DNA from: Vulcanimicrobiota bacterium
GTDB taxonomy: Bacteria > Vulcanimicrobiota > Vulcanimicrobiia > Vulcanimicrobiales > Vulcanimicrobiaceae
Assembly (NCBI GenBank): GCA_963820825.1
Contig: CAWGBN010000008.1
Span: 192,001-256,000 of the forward strand
Direction: 5' to 3'
Length of the DNA: 64,000 nt
In this document: positions 1 to 9,925 of the stretch, one piece after another
How positions within the stretch are numbered: position 1 is the stretch's first letter
Layout of the letters: each line of letters starts with the position of its first letter
Program-made: the position numbers and the translations under genes
The notes under the pieces: model-generated
What the model saw: the letters and a program-made list of their open reading frames with translations, nothing else
The model's database searches: none
What the model was told of the DNA's origin: nothing

Positions 1-1368
1 GACCTCGAGCCGCTCGGCGTTGGGCATCTTGCCGTGATAGAACATCACCTCATTGCCGAGTTCGCGGCGGAGCCGCCGCGCCACGCTCGCCGCCTCGCTG
101 CGCGAGTTGCAGTAGACGATGCCTTTCCCGCGCTCGCCGGATGCGAAGAGCTCGACCAGATAGGCGTGCTTGTCGCGCGTCTCGCGCGCGTCGACGATGC
201 TCAGGTTCTCGCGCACCGTGGGATCGATCACCCAGGCGTCGATTCGCAGATCCTCGACGATGCGGCGGAACGTCTCGTCGCTCGCGGTCGCGGTCAGCGC
301 GAGCACCTGCGGATTGCCCAGGCCGGCGATCGTTGCGCTCAGCCGGGCGTAGGCGGGCCGGTGGCGCGATTCTTGCACGTGGTGCGCCTCGTCGACGACG
401 GCAAACGCGGGCGTACTCGCGCCGCGCAACGCCTCGCGATGAAACTCGAGAAACTCCGGCGTCGCGAGCACGAGATCCCACGCGCCCTCGCGTAACGCGG
501 CGAAGAGCTCGTCGCGCTCCTCGTTCTCGATCGAGCCGTTGGCACGGAAGCAGCGCAGCCCGAGCGGATCAAGCGTGCGCCGCAGAGCCTCGTATTGATC
601 GTTGGCCAGCGCGCGCAGCGGATAGATGACCAGCGTCTTGCCCGCGCCGGCGAACGCGCGCAGCGCCGCGGCGTACTGAAAACAGAACGATTTTCCGCGC
701 CCGGTTCCCAGCACCGCCAGCGTGTTCTTTCCGGCGGCGAGCCGATCGAGCACCGCGCGCTGCGCTTCGTGCGGCTGCGAAGTGCCGATCAGCGCGCCAC
801 GCACGCGTTCGGCGAGCGCGTCGCCATCGCCGAGCTCCGGCGATGCCGCGACATCGCGGCGCGGCGCCGCGCGCGGCGCCGCGCTCACGCGCTCGACGAA
901 GATATTGACGCCGCGATACTTCCCCCCGGTCTGCGGCGGCGCCATTGCGGACCCGGTGAGCGAGGCGATCCGCGCGGTGTACCGCGCCCCCGCGTCGATG
1001 AGCGGCGCCAAATGCGCGGCCAGCCGCTTATTGAAGAATCCGAGATGGAGGTTGCCGTAATGGACGGCAATCGCATTGGCGTCGTGCGGGTTCTCGAGTT
1101 GGCGATGGAGTTCGAGCGGCGCTCCGGCATGCAGACCGGCGATCACGTCCTGCCGCCCTTCGAACGACACGCCGGCGATCTTGGTGTGAAAGTGCGGGGC
1201 GTCGCCGATCGTCGCGTAGGGATCGTTGAGGTATTCGTCGCTCTTGGCAAAGACGCGCTCGATGAACGCATTCGCGGGATCGCCAAACGCGCGAAACGCC
1301 GCTTCGAAGGCGGCTTCCGACGGCGTGGGCGGGGGAAGTTCTTTAGTGCGTGCTCTCTTCTTCTCCAC
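1..1368 (-). CDS. HIRAN-domain + RecQ-like DEAH-box helicase (partial, runs off window start)
   Basis: Absent from the ORF track because it has no stop in the window; translated by hand. It shows HIRAN-like FHTKIAGVSFEGRQ...ENPHDANAIAV..LGFF, Walker A LAVLGTGRGKSFCFQ, motif Ia IYPLRALANDQ, VVDEAHH, motif III LTATA, IVYCNSR and FYHGKM. The GTG start at 1368 overlapping the secF end is inferred. Confidence 0.85.
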   Translation of the reverse strand, partial: MEKKRARTKELPPPTPSEAAFEAAFRAFGDPANAFIERVFAKSDEYLNDPYATIGDAPHFHTKIAGVSFEGRQDVIAGLHAGAPLELHRQLENPHDANAIAVHYGNLHLGFFNKRLAAHLAPLIDAGARYTARIASLTGSAMAPPQTGGKYRGVNIFVERVSAAPRAAPRRDVAASPELGDGDALAERVRGALIGTSQPHEAQRAVLDRLAAGKNTLAVLGTGRGKSFCFQYAAALRAFAGAGKTLVIYPLRALANDQYEALRRTLDPLGLRCFRANGSIENEERDELFAALREGAWDLVLATPEFLEFHREALRGASTPAFAVVDEAHHVQESRHRPAYARLSATIAGLGNPQVLALTATASDETFRRIVEDLRIDAWVIDPTVRENLSIVDARETRDKHAYLVELFASGERGKGIVYCNSRSEAASVARRLRRELGNEVMFYHGKMPNAERLEV

Positions 1369-2680
1369 GCTCGGCTTGCGCCGAGCCTGGGAGGTCGTCG
1401 AGGTTGAGCGCGATCTCTTCGTGGCCTTGCTCGAGCGCGGCATCGTGCAACCCGGCTTGCTGCGCGTCGAGCGGGTCGATCACCTCTTGCGCGGTATCGG
1501 GCTCTTCGAGCGCGACGCCGCTGGGGGCGTCGGTGCCGGTCGCGTCGGCGACCCCGTCGCCGCGCTTCTTGCGATACCGTGCCGGCGTCGCCGGCACGGT
1601 GGTGCGCGCCGTCTTCGCCTTTTGGCGACGCTCGCGCCGGGCCGCGACGATATCCTCGCGGGCGACGCCGCTGCGGCTCTGCAGCGCGGCGGATTCGGAA
1701 CGCGAGCGTGAGGTAACCGTCCGATCCTGCGCGAGACCCGCGCGGCGCCGCTTTGCGGCCGCTTCGAGCTGCCGCTTGCGAAAGACGAGCACCAGCGGTG
1801 CGGAGTAGAAGATCGAGTGGTAACCGCCCGAGCAGATGCCGACGAGCAGCGCAAAAGCAAAGTTCTTCAGGCTCGCGCCGCCGAGCGCGAGCAGCGCGAC
1901 CAGCGTAATGACCACCGTTGCGAGCGTGTTGAACGAGCGCGTCATCGTCTGCTTGATCGACTCGTTGACGATCTTCTCGTACGGCGCGCCCGCCATCAGC
2001 TTGGTATTCTCGCGTATTCGATCGAGGATGACGATCGTGTCCATGACCGAGTAGCCGATGACGGTCAAGACGGCGGCGAGGAAGGCGTCGTCGGCGCGCT
2101 TGTCGGCAAGCGCGTAGATGCCGATCATCATCGCCGCGTCGCGGACGAGCGCGATGACCGTAACCAAACCGAAGATATAGTTCCAGCCGAAGCGGAAGGC
2201 GATGTACAGGAACTGGATGCTGAGCGCGATGACCAGCGCCCAGAGGGCCCTGGTGAGATACTCGCGTCCGAGCGACGGGCCTACCGAGGTAATCTGCGAG
2301 GCAGCCCGGTCGACCGGCGCGACCGTATTGAGCGCGTTCCAAACGGGCGCCGAGTTATTCGCGAACGCCGTCTGAGTCTGAATGATGAAGCCTTTGCCGT
2401 CGGTCCCGGCCGTCGTCACCGACTCTTCGCTCATGCCGAACCCCGAAAGGGCCTGCTTTACCTTATCGGCGGTCGTCGCTTCAGTGAACCGCACGGTGAT
2501 ATCGGTTCCGCCGGTAAACGAGAGGCCGAGCCGCAGCATGCGGTTGGCGTGGAAGCCGTCGCCGCCGGCAAAGCCGTGGTAGATCATCGAGCCGACGCCC
2601 AGCGCAATGACGAGATACGAGATCGTCGAGACGATCCTGAACCACCCGACGATATTCCAGTTTAAGCGGCGAAAGAGCAT
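1343..2680 (-). CDS. secF: protein translocase subunit SecF with long C-terminal extension
   Basis: LGLSFTGGT, VGPSLGREY, IGYSVMDTIVILDRIREN and QTMTRSFNT motifs; directly downstream of secD. Confidence 0.95.
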   Translation of the reverse strand: MLFRRLNWNIVGWFRIVSTISYLVIALGVGSMIYHGFAGGDGFHANRMLRLGLSFTGGTDITVRFTEATTADKVKQALSGFGMSEESVTTAGTDGKGFIIQTQTAFANNSAPVWNALNTVAPVDRAASQITSVGPSLGREYLTRALWALVIALSIQFLYIAFRFGWNYIFGLVTVIALVRDAAMMIGIYALADKRADDAFLAAVLTVIGYSVMDTIVILDRIRENTKLMAGAPYEKIVNESIKQTMTRSFNTLATVVITLVALLALGGASLKNFAFALLVGICSGGYHSIFYSAPLVLVFRKRQLEAAAKRRRAGLAQDRTVTSRSRSESAALQSRSGVAREDIVAARRERRQKAKTARTTVPATPARYRKKRGDGVADATGTDAPSGVALEEPDTAQEVIDPLDAQQAGLHDAALEQGHEEIALNLDDLPGSAQAERGEEESTH

Positions 2681-2683
2681 CGC

Positions 2684-4063
2684 TTACGCTCCCGCCTCGG
2701 ATGCCGCGGCAGTCCGGGCAAATATGCCCACGTCGGAGCGCTTGACGCCGTAGAGCTCGGGGCTGGTGAGCACGTTGTTGTCGACGAGCGCGTCGACGAA
2801 GAATCGGGTGATGAAGACCGCGGTAACGAGCGAGACGACGGTTCCCCAGAAGAGCGTGAATGCAAAGCCCTTGACCGTGCCGGTGCCGAGCATGTACAGC
2901 ACGCCCGCACCGACGATCGTCGTAAAGTGGCTGTCGAAGACGGCCGAGAAGGCGCGCTGGAACCCGACGCGCACGGCCGCGCGCATCGTCTTGCCGTTCC
3001 AGAGCTCCTCTTTAATGCGCTCGAAGATCAGTACGTTTGCGTCGACCGCCATACCGATCGAGAGCACGAAGCCGGCGATGCCGGGCAGCGTGAGCGTCGC
3101 GTGCGAGAGCGCGAGGATCGCCATCATCACGAGCACGTAGATCGCGAGCGCGAGGTCGGCGAGAAGGCCCGGCAGGCGATAGACCGCGATCATGAAGATC
3201 AAGACGAGACCGAGCCCGAGCGCCGCCGCGCGCATCGACTGAGTCAAGTCGATCTTACCGAGCGTCGGGCCGATCGTCTCCTTCTCGATGATGCTGATGC
3301 TCACCGGAAGGGCGCCGGCATTGAGCTCGTTGGCAAGTGTGATCGTCTCTTCTTGGGTGAAGTTGCCGGTGATCTGACCGTTATCATAGATCGCCCCTTG
3401 AATGATCGGCGCCGAGAGATAGCGGTGATCGAGGAAGATGCCGAGCGGCTTCTGGAGATTTGCCGTCGTGAGCTTGCCGAACCGCGCGGGATCCTTCGTT
3501 TGGAAGAGGATGTCCGGGCGCCCCGCTTGGTCGTAGCCCGCCTGCGCGGCCTTGAGGTCTTTGCCGGAGTAGACGACGTCGCCGCTCTTCTCGTATGCGG
3601 TCTTCGAAACGTAGAGTTCCGCTGCCGCCTTGTCCTTCGGCGATACGTTCGGCTGCGCGAGCACGGCATTGGCGGCGTCGGCCTTCTGCATGATGTCGAA
3701 GGGTACGATCTTATATTCGAGCACCGCGGCCTGTTTGAGGAGTTTCTCCGCTTCGTCGGGATTCTTCACTGCCGGGAGCTCGACGAGAATCCGGTCGGTT
3801 CCGACGTTGCTGATCGAGGGCTCGGCGACGCCGAGACCGTTGATGCGGCGGTCGATGACCTCGCGCGTCTGCGCCTGAACCTCGCTGGTAACCCGCGGCA
3901 CCTCCGCGGTCGGCGAAAGCTGGAGCAAGAGCCGCGCGCCGCCCTGCAGATCGAGCCCGAGATGAATCGTCTTCTGCAGCGGCCAGACGGCCCAAATCGA
4001 AATCGCACAAACAGCGACGATGACGAGCGCCTTGAACGGCGCCTTCCACGTATTCCAGTTCAT
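2684..4063 (-). CDS. secD: protein translocase subunit SecD
   Basis: LGLDLQGG, RRINGLGVAEP, IGPTLG and LTLPGIAGFVLSIGMAVDANVLIFERIKEE motifs. Confidence 0.96.
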   Translation of the reverse strand: MNWNTWKAPFKALVIVAVCAISIWAVWPLQKTIHLGLDLQGGARLLLQLSPTAEVPRVTSEVQAQTREVIDRRINGLGVAEPSISNVGTDRILVELPAVKNPDEAEKLLKQAAVLEYKIVPFDIMQKADAANAVLAQPNVSPKDKAAAELYVSKTAYEKSGDVVYSGKDLKAAQAGYDQAGRPDILFQTKDPARFGKLTTANLQKPLGIFLDHRYLSAPIIQGAIYDNGQITGNFTQEETITLANELNAGALPVSISIIEKETIGPTLGKIDLTQSMRAAALGLGLVLIFMIAVYRLPGLLADLALAIYVLVMMAILALSHATLTLPGIAGFVLSIGMAVDANVLIFERIKEELWNGKTMRAAVRVGFQRAFSAVFDSHFTTIVGAGVLYMLGTGTVKGFAFTLFWGTVVSLVTAVFITRFFVDALVDNNVLTSPELYGVKRSDVGIFARTAAASEAGA

Positions 4064-4078
4064 TGGAGCCGGTGGAGT

Positions 4079-5875
4079 TTAGCCTTCGGCGGGCGCCGGG
4101 CCTGCCGCGGGTCGCCAGAGACGGCGTCCGATCACGAGGAGCCCGACGACCGCCGCCGCGGCGACCGCGCTCCAGACTAGACCTTGCGCCGGGCGGCCGT
4201 AGACGAAGGCGCCGGCCGCGAAGAGCGCGCCGTAGACCGAGGCTAGGCCGAGCACCCACCCGGCAAGCGCGAGCGTCATCGAATCGGGTGAGGCCGGCAG
4301 ATCGCACTCGCGGCGAATCTTCGCCCACCCGGGACCCGCCGGACGGACGCGCGCGTAGAACGAGGCGAGCACGCTGCGCTCGACCGGCGGCGTGCAGTAC
4401 GTTACCGCGATCCACACGACGGTGGTCACGGCGATGGTCGTCAAGAGCACGGTCGTCGTCGCGGCGGTGTGACCGAGTTTGGCGGAGACGAAGAAGGCGA
4501 CTGAGACGACGAACGACGAGAGCATCGCGCTGACCTCGCTCCACGCGTTGATCCGCCACCAGAACCAGCGCAATAAGTAGATCAAGCCCGTTCCCGCTCC
4601 GATCGAGAGCAGCAGGTTGAAAGCATTCTTCGCGTTGTCGAGCGCGAGCGTGAAGAGCACGCCGAGCGCCATCAACAGCGCGGTGACCAGCCGTCCGGCA
4701 AAGACCAGCTCGCGTTGGGTGGAGTTCGGACGAATGAAGCGCTGGTAGAAATCGTGCACGAGATACGAGGTGCCCCAGTTGAGATGGGTCTCGATCGTCG
4801 AGCGATAGGCGGCGAAGATTCCCGCGACCATGAAGCCCGCGAATCCGGCGGGCAAGTACACCAGCATCGCCGGATAGGCGATGTCGTTGCCGATCAAGTT
4901 CGGCGCCACGCCGGGAAAGCGCAGTTGAATATCGTGCAGCGTCGGATAGACGATCGTCGAGGCGAGAGCGACGACGATCCACGGCCACGGCCGCAGTGCG
5001 TAGTGCATCACCTGAAAGGCGAAGGTGCCGAAGAGCGCATCCGATTCCGTCTTCGCGGCGAGCATGCGCTGCGCGACGTAGCTGCCGCCGCCCGGTTCCG
5101 CGCCGGGATACCAGACCGACCACCAGACCACCGTGAGCGGGATGACGAAGATGCCTAGCGCCGTCGGCCAGTCTTTGAAGTTCGGTAATATCGCCAGCGC
5201 GCTCGGATTGGCGCGCGTGAAATGAGCGATGAGGCCGTGCAGACCGCCGACGCCGGGCGCGTGGATCGCGAAGTAGGCCGCGGCGAACGCCGAGGTTATC
5301 GTGATGCAGAACTGGATCGTGTCCGTCACCATGACGCCCCAGAGTCCCGCCGTCGCGGCAAAGATGATGGGCACGACGACCGAGATCGCGAGCGTCTCGG
5401 CGCGCGGCCAGCCGAAGAGAACGCCGGCAATCTTCACCAACGCCAAGTTGACCGTTGCGATGATCCAGCAGTTGAAGAATAGGCCGAGATAGAGCGCGCG
5501 AAAGCCGCGCACGAACGATGCCGCGGGCCCGGCGTAGCGCAGCTCGTAGAACTCGAGATCGGTCAGAACGTTCGAACGGCGCCAGAGCCGCGCGTAAAAG
5601 AAGACCGTCGCCATACCGGTGAGCAGGAACGACCACCAGACCCAGTTCTCGGCGACGCCCCCGTCGCGCACCAGATTGGTGACGAGGTTCGGCGTATCGG
5701 TCGAGAAGGTCGTGGCGACGAGCGATATCCCGATGAGCCACCACGGTGCCGCGCGGCCGGCCGCAAAGAACTCGGTGATGTTGCGCCCGGCTCGCCGCGC
5801 CAGCACGATCGCCGGCACGAAGCTCACGCCCAAGGAAACGACGACGATAACCCAGTCGAGCGTCGTTAAGTGCAC
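4079..5875 (-). CDS. sodium:solute symporter (SSS) family transporter
   Basis: EFFAAGRAAPWWLIGISLVATTFS, GLWGVMVTDTIQF and YVAQRMLAAK motifs; many transmembrane helices. Confidence 0.9.
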   Translation of the reverse strand: MHLTTLDWVIVVVSLGVSFVPAIVLARRAGRNITEFFAAGRAAPWWLIGISLVATTFSTDTPNLVTNLVRDGGVAENWVWWSFLLTGMATVFFYARLWRRSNVLTDLEFYELRYAGPAASFVRGFRALYLGLFFNCWIIATVNLALVKIAGVLFGWPRAETLAISVVVPIIFAATAGLWGVMVTDTIQFCITITSAFAAAYFAIHAPGVGGLHGLIAHFTRANPSALAILPNFKDWPTALGIFVIPLTVVWWSVWYPGAEPGGGSYVAQRMLAAKTESDALFGTFAFQVMHYALRPWPWIVVALASTIVYPTLHDIQLRFPGVAPNLIGNDIAYPAMLVYLPAGFAGFMVAGIFAAYRSTIETHLNWGTSYLVHDFYQRFIRPNSTQRELVFAGRLVTALLMALGVLFTLALDNAKNAFNLLLSIGAGTGLIYLLRWFWWRINAWSEVSAMLSSFVVSVAFFVSAKLGHTAATTTVLLTTIAVTTVVWIAVTYCTPPVERSVLASFYARVRPAGPGWAKIRRECDLPASPDSMTLALAGWVLGLASVYGALFAAGAFVYGRPAQGLVWSAVAAAAVVGLLVIGRRLWRPAAGPAPAEG

Positions 5876-7920
5876 GCTAGCGCGTTCGGTTCGTCCTCTG
5901 CGATGACCTCGGCCGGGGCGAGTGCGATCTCGTTGGGAAGCTCGCCGTAGGCGTAGACGCTCACGCGAATGCCCGAGCGCTGCAAGAAATCGGCGAGCAC
6001 GGGACGCAGCGATGCGGTGCAGACGACCGCGGCGCGTTCGCGCGGCACTTCAGCAGCATACGCTTCGATGCGGGCGCGCAGGGCGAGCGCCGTTGCGGGG
6101 TCGAGCCCCTCCGCTCCATGACCGCACCACGCTGCAACGAGCCTTCGTTCGAACGGCGCCTCGAAGATCACCGGCTCGAGCCGGACGAGCCCGCGGCGGC
6201 GTAACAGGTCCGGTACGATCGCGCGCCGCGCGGCCTCGGCGAGCTCTTGCGGATCGGCCGTCCGCGCCTCGAGCATTGCTTCGAGCACCGCGACGGGATC
6301 GCGCGGCCACGCGCACTCGCGCAAGAGCAGAGCGAAGGCGCGATGCACCGATCCGAACGGCAGGGCCTCGCCGCCGACTTCCTTGATCAGGGCGGGCACG
6401 GTCGCGCGCAGGTGCTCGAGCAGCGTGTGGAGCTCTTGCCGGCCGACGAGCTCGGCGGCGTGCGTTCGCGCGATCTCGGCCAAATGCGACCCGAGCACCG
6501 AGATCGGATCGAAGACGAGCGCGCCCGCATTGCTCGCGCGCTCGCGCCCCGAGGGTTGGATCCACGCCGCCGGCAATCCGTAGACGGGCTCGCGCTCGAT
6601 TCGCGCGTTGAAATGCGCGAGGATCGCTTCGTCTGCGACGGCCAGGAGCCGATCGAGATCGAGCCTGCCGGCGCCTTCCAGACGGTCCCGCACGCGGATT
6701 CCGTAGGTGCGCGGATCGCGTGCGAGATCGTCGCGGAGGCGAACGCCGGGAAGCACGACGCCGATGTCCGCTGCAAGTGCGCGACGCACCTCGCCGATGC
6801 GATCGAGTAAAGCATCGGCAAGGGGTTGTGCGAGAAGCAGTGCGAGATCGGCACCGATCTCGATTGCGATCGAATCGACGCCGACGAGGCCGAGTGCGAG
6901 CTCGGGACGCCGCATCGCGTGACGCTTCGCGCGCTCGCGCGCGCCGATCGTCTCCTCTTCCCGCCGGCGGCGTTGCCGTTGCGCGGCATGAGCGACCGCG
7001 AACGCACCGGCCCCGAGAACCACGAAGAGCGGCCGCGGCAGAGCGGGAACGAGCGCGAGTGCAAGCAGGAGCGCGCCGGCGCTGCGCAGCGCATCGGGGC
7101 GTGCGAGCAGCTGTGAGGCGAGGTCGGCTCCCAACGCGCCGTCGGAAGCGACTCGCGTGACCATCATCCCCATCGCCGTCGAGATGAGAAACGCGGGCAG
7201 CGTCGTGACGAGCGCGTTGCCGATGGAGAGCAGCGCGAAGGTGTCGAGCGCGTCGAGCGGTGAGAGCGCGTGATAGGCGATACCGACGATCACGCCGCCG
7301 CAGAGATTGAGCGCCACGATCACGAGCGCGGCGACCGCATCGCCCTTGACGAACTTTCCGGCCCCGTCCATCGCGCCGTAGAAGTCCGCCTCCCGCTGCA
7401 CGGCCTCTCGCTTGCGCCGCGCGCCTTCGCCGTCGAGCACGCCGGCATGAATGTCGGCGTCGATCGCCATCTGTTTTCCCGGCATCGCATCGAGCGTGAA
7501 GCGTGCCGCAACCTCCGCGACGCGCTGCGAGCCGCTTGCAATGACGACGAACTGAATCGTCACCAAGATCGAGAAGACGATGAGCCCGACGACCAAGTTT
7601 CCGTGGACGACAAATGCGCCGAAGGCCGGAATGATCGCGCCGACCGCGCCCGGCGTCGCACCTGAGGTCAGAATGAGGCGCGTCGCCGAAACGTCGAGCG
7701 AGAGCCGAAAGAGCGTCGCGACAAGCAGCGCGGGTGCGAAGGCCGAAAACTCGAGCGGATCGTCGACGGTCACCGAGAGCAGCAGCACGAGCGACGAGCC
7801 GAAGACGTTGACCCCCAAGAGCACGTCGAGCAGCCATGGCGGCAGCGGAACGATCAGAATTCCGACGATCGCCAACAGCAGCGCCGCAAAGGCGTAGACC
7901 GCCCGCCTCTTCGCGTTCAC
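5866..7920 (-). CDS. flhA: flagellar/T3SS export gate protein FlhA
   Basis: RVAEVAARFTLDAMPGKQMAIDAD and FYGAMDGAGKFVKGDA motifs; start trimmed to GTG 7920, which overlaps the flhB stop (GTGA). Confidence 0.93.
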   Translation of the reverse strand: MNAKRRAVYAFAALLLAIVGILIVPLPPWLLDVLLGVNVFGSSLVLLLSVTVDDPLEFSAFAPALLVATLFRLSLDVSATRLILTSGATPGAVGAIIPAFGAFVVHGNLVVGLIVFSILVTIQFVVIASGSQRVAEVAARFTLDAMPGKQMAIDADIHAGVLDGEGARRKREAVQREADFYGAMDGAGKFVKGDAVAALVIVALNLCGGVIVGIAYHALSPLDALDTFALLSIGNALVTTLPAFLISTAMGMMVTRVASDGALGADLASQLLARPDALRSAGALLLALALVPALPRPLFVVLGAGAFAVAHAAQRQRRRREEETIGARERAKRHAMRRPELALGLVGVDSIAIEIGADLALLLAQPLADALLDRIGEVRRALAADIGVVLPGVRLRDDLARDPRTYGIRVRDRLEGAGRLDLDRLLAVADEAILAHFNARIEREPVYGLPAAWIQPSGRERASNAGALVFDPISVLGSHLAEIARTHAAELVGRQELHTLLEHLRATVPALIKEVGGEALPFGSVHRAFALLLRECAWPRDPVAVLEAMLEARTADPQELAEAARRAIVPDLLRRRGLVRLEPVIFEAPFERRLVAAWCGHGAEGLDPATALALRARIEAYAAEVPRERAAVVCTASLRPVLADFLQRSGIRVSVYAYGELPNEIALAPAEVIAEDEPNALACT

Positions 7921-8927
7921 GCTTCCGACGCGTTCGCTCGCGAAAGGGTCGCGACGACTTCGGCAACGGCTACGAAATGAATCGCCGGAATCGGTTCGCC
8001 GGTCCGCCCGTCGCGGAAGAGCGCGCGAGCCAGCACGACGTCCTCGACGACCGGAATGCGGTATCGTTCCGCGAGCGCGCGCACGTGCAGCGCGGCCGCC
8101 TCCGCGGCGCGCGCCAGCACGCGCGGCACGGGAACCGCCGGCGGCCGGTATTCGAGCGCGACGGCGACGTGCTGCGGGTTCGTTACGACGAACGACGCCT
8201 CTTTGAGCCGGCCGATCCCGCCGCGCAGCAACGCACGATGCAGCGCGCGCCGGCGCCCGCGCGCGATCGCATCGCCCTCTTCTTCTTTCGCCTCGCGTTT
8301 GCGCTCCTCGAAGCTCATTCGCAGATTGCGCAGCCAGGCGCGCCGTGCCGCCGCATACTCGCCGACGGCGAAGCAGAATCCGACCGTGCACGCGGCCACC
8401 GCTACCTCGCGCGCCGCGGCCCAGGCCGTCGCCGCGACGTCTCCGACCGACGACGCCTGCAACGACGCCGCGCAGCTCCACGCGACGAACGGCGTCATCG
8501 CCGCGCTCGCACAGACGAACGCAAGCGCCGCTCGCAGCGAATGCGCGAGCGTTTCGCGAGAGAGAATTCGCTTGACGCCTTCGACCGGATTCAACCGCTC
8601 GAGTTTTACGGCGATCGAAAGTGCGGCAAGGCCGCCGTTCTGAGCGAGGTTTCCGAGCGCACCCGCCAAGGCGGCGGCGCCGACGGGTAAGCAGGCTACG
8701 GCAAGGATCAGCGCGCTTGCCGGGGTCGCTCGCCCGGCGAAACCGGCGACGAATGCATTGCTCGCCGCGGCGGCAAGCACCGGGGCAGTCGCCATCGCGG
8801 TCAAGGCCGCCGCGGCGAATGCGAGATTCGCCGCGAGCTCGCTCGAACGTGCGACGTTACCCTCGCGCAGCGCCTTGGCAATCCGGCGCGGCGTCGCCTC
8901 GAACGGTTTCTCTGCGGTATCGCTCAC
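7917..8927 (-). CDS. flhB: flagellar export switch protein FlhB
   Basis: EKPFEATPRRIAKALREGNVARSSEL, LERLNPVEG, MSFEERKREAKEEEGD and VVTNPQHVAVALEY (NPTH-equivalent); GTG 8927 overlaps the fliR stop. Confidence 0.92.
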   Translation of the reverse strand: MSDTAEKPFEATPRRIAKALREGNVARSSELAANLAFAAAALTAMATAPVLAAAASNAFVAGFAGRATPASALILAVACLPVGAAALAGALGNLAQNGGLAALSIAVKLERLNPVEGVKRILSRETLAHSLRAALAFVCASAAMTPFVAWSCAASLQASSVGDVAATAWAAAREVAVAACTVGFCFAVGEYAAARRAWLRNLRMSFEERKREAKEEEGDAIARGRRRALHRALLRGGIGRLKEASFVVTNPQHVAVALEYRPPAVPVPRVLARAAEAAALHVRALAERYRIPVVEDVVLARALFRDGRTGEPIPAIHFVAVAEVVATLSRANASEA

Positions 8928-9628
8928 GGAATTTCCAACAACGGCGAAGGCAAGCGTTGCGTGACGACCGGAACCGCGATCGCGGTCGCGATCAGCGCGG
9001 CCGCGAATGCCAGCGGAAAGGCCAGCGTGAAGCTGCCGAAGCGGGGGATCACGCGCGACAGGGCGCCGAGCGCGATCTGCACGACGAAGGCCAGCGCGAT
9101 CGCCGGCGCGGCAACCTGCAGTGCGACGAGCGCAATCGTCGATGCAAATGCCGCCGCGTACGCATGCCATCCCGCCGGACGCATCTCGGCAGCGAGCGGA
9201 ATGCGAGCGAAGCTCTCGCTAAAGCCCAGCAGCACGCTGCGATAGGCGCCTGAGAGAAAGAATCCGCCGGTGAACGCCAGCGACCAGACGCGGCCGAAAC
9301 CGCTCGGCGCGACGAGTTCCAGGCTCGGCGCGATCGCCTTCACCCCGACGTAATCGTCGACGACACGGCCGCCGGCATAGGCTGCATCGTAGATCAGCGA
9401 AGCCGTCATGCCGATCGCGCCGCCTACGAGAGACTCTAGCAGCAGCGCCGCCACGATCGTCGCGCCGTCCACTCCCTTCGCTGCCTTGCCGATGCCCGGC
9501 AGAATCGCGCCGGCAAGCGCCAGCGCAAAGCCCGCGCGAAGCGGTGCCGGTACGCTCGGATGCGAGAATCCGGGCGCGCGAAAGACGAAACCCGCGCACC
9601 GGGCGAAGACGAGCAGCCCGGTTACCAT
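8924..9628 (-). CDS. fliR: flagellar export protein FliR
   Basis: FARCAGFVFRAPGFS and GALSRVIPRF pattern; hydrophobic; lies between fliQ and flhB. Confidence 0.85.
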   Translation of the reverse strand: MVTGLLVFARCAGFVFRAPGFSHPSVPAPLRAGFALALAGAILPGIGKAAKGVDGATIVAALLLESLVGGAIGMTASLIYDAAYAGGRVVDDYVGVKAIAPSLELVAPSGFGRVWSLAFTGGFFLSGAYRSVLLGFSESFARIPLAAEMRPAGWHAYAAAFASTIALVALQVAAPAIALAFVVQIALGALSRVIPRFGSFTLAFPLAFAAALIATAIAVPVVTQRLPSPLLEIP

Positions 9629-9891
9629 CCGCTATCGATCGTCGGAATCTCCGCGATCGCGCGATCGAAGAGCGCGCCGAGCAGGTGCATCGCGCCGGGC
9701 CCGAAGAGCGCAATCATCAGACCGACCGCAACGATCTTCGGAAGGAGCGTCAGCGTCTGCTCCTGCACTTGAGTCGCCGCCTGCACGACGGCGATCGCCG
9801 TTCCCACTGCAGCGGCGACGGCCAGCATCGGCAGCGCAATGGTCGCGGTCGTGATCAGCGCATCGTGCAGTAAGCCGCTGAGGACGTCCAC
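9622..9891 (-). CDS. fliQ: flagellar export protein FliQ
   Basis: VVQAATQVQEQTLTLLPKI motif; 89 aa. Confidence 0.93.
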   Translation of the reverse strand: MDVLSGLLHDALITTATIALPMLAVAAAVGTAIAVVQAATQVQEQTLTLLPKIVAVGLMIALFGPGAMHLLGALFDRAIAEIPTIDSGW

Positions 9892-9925
9892 GCCTCAACG
9901 GTAGCGGTGCGCCGTTACGCGCGCG

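Noticed and set aside
3711..5744. Long alternative-frame and antisense ORFs (e.g. 3711-5744, 6050-7966, 40235-42169)
   Set aside because: Shadow ORFs typical of high-GC DNA: Arg/Ala-rich, no motifs, and overlapping well-supported genes
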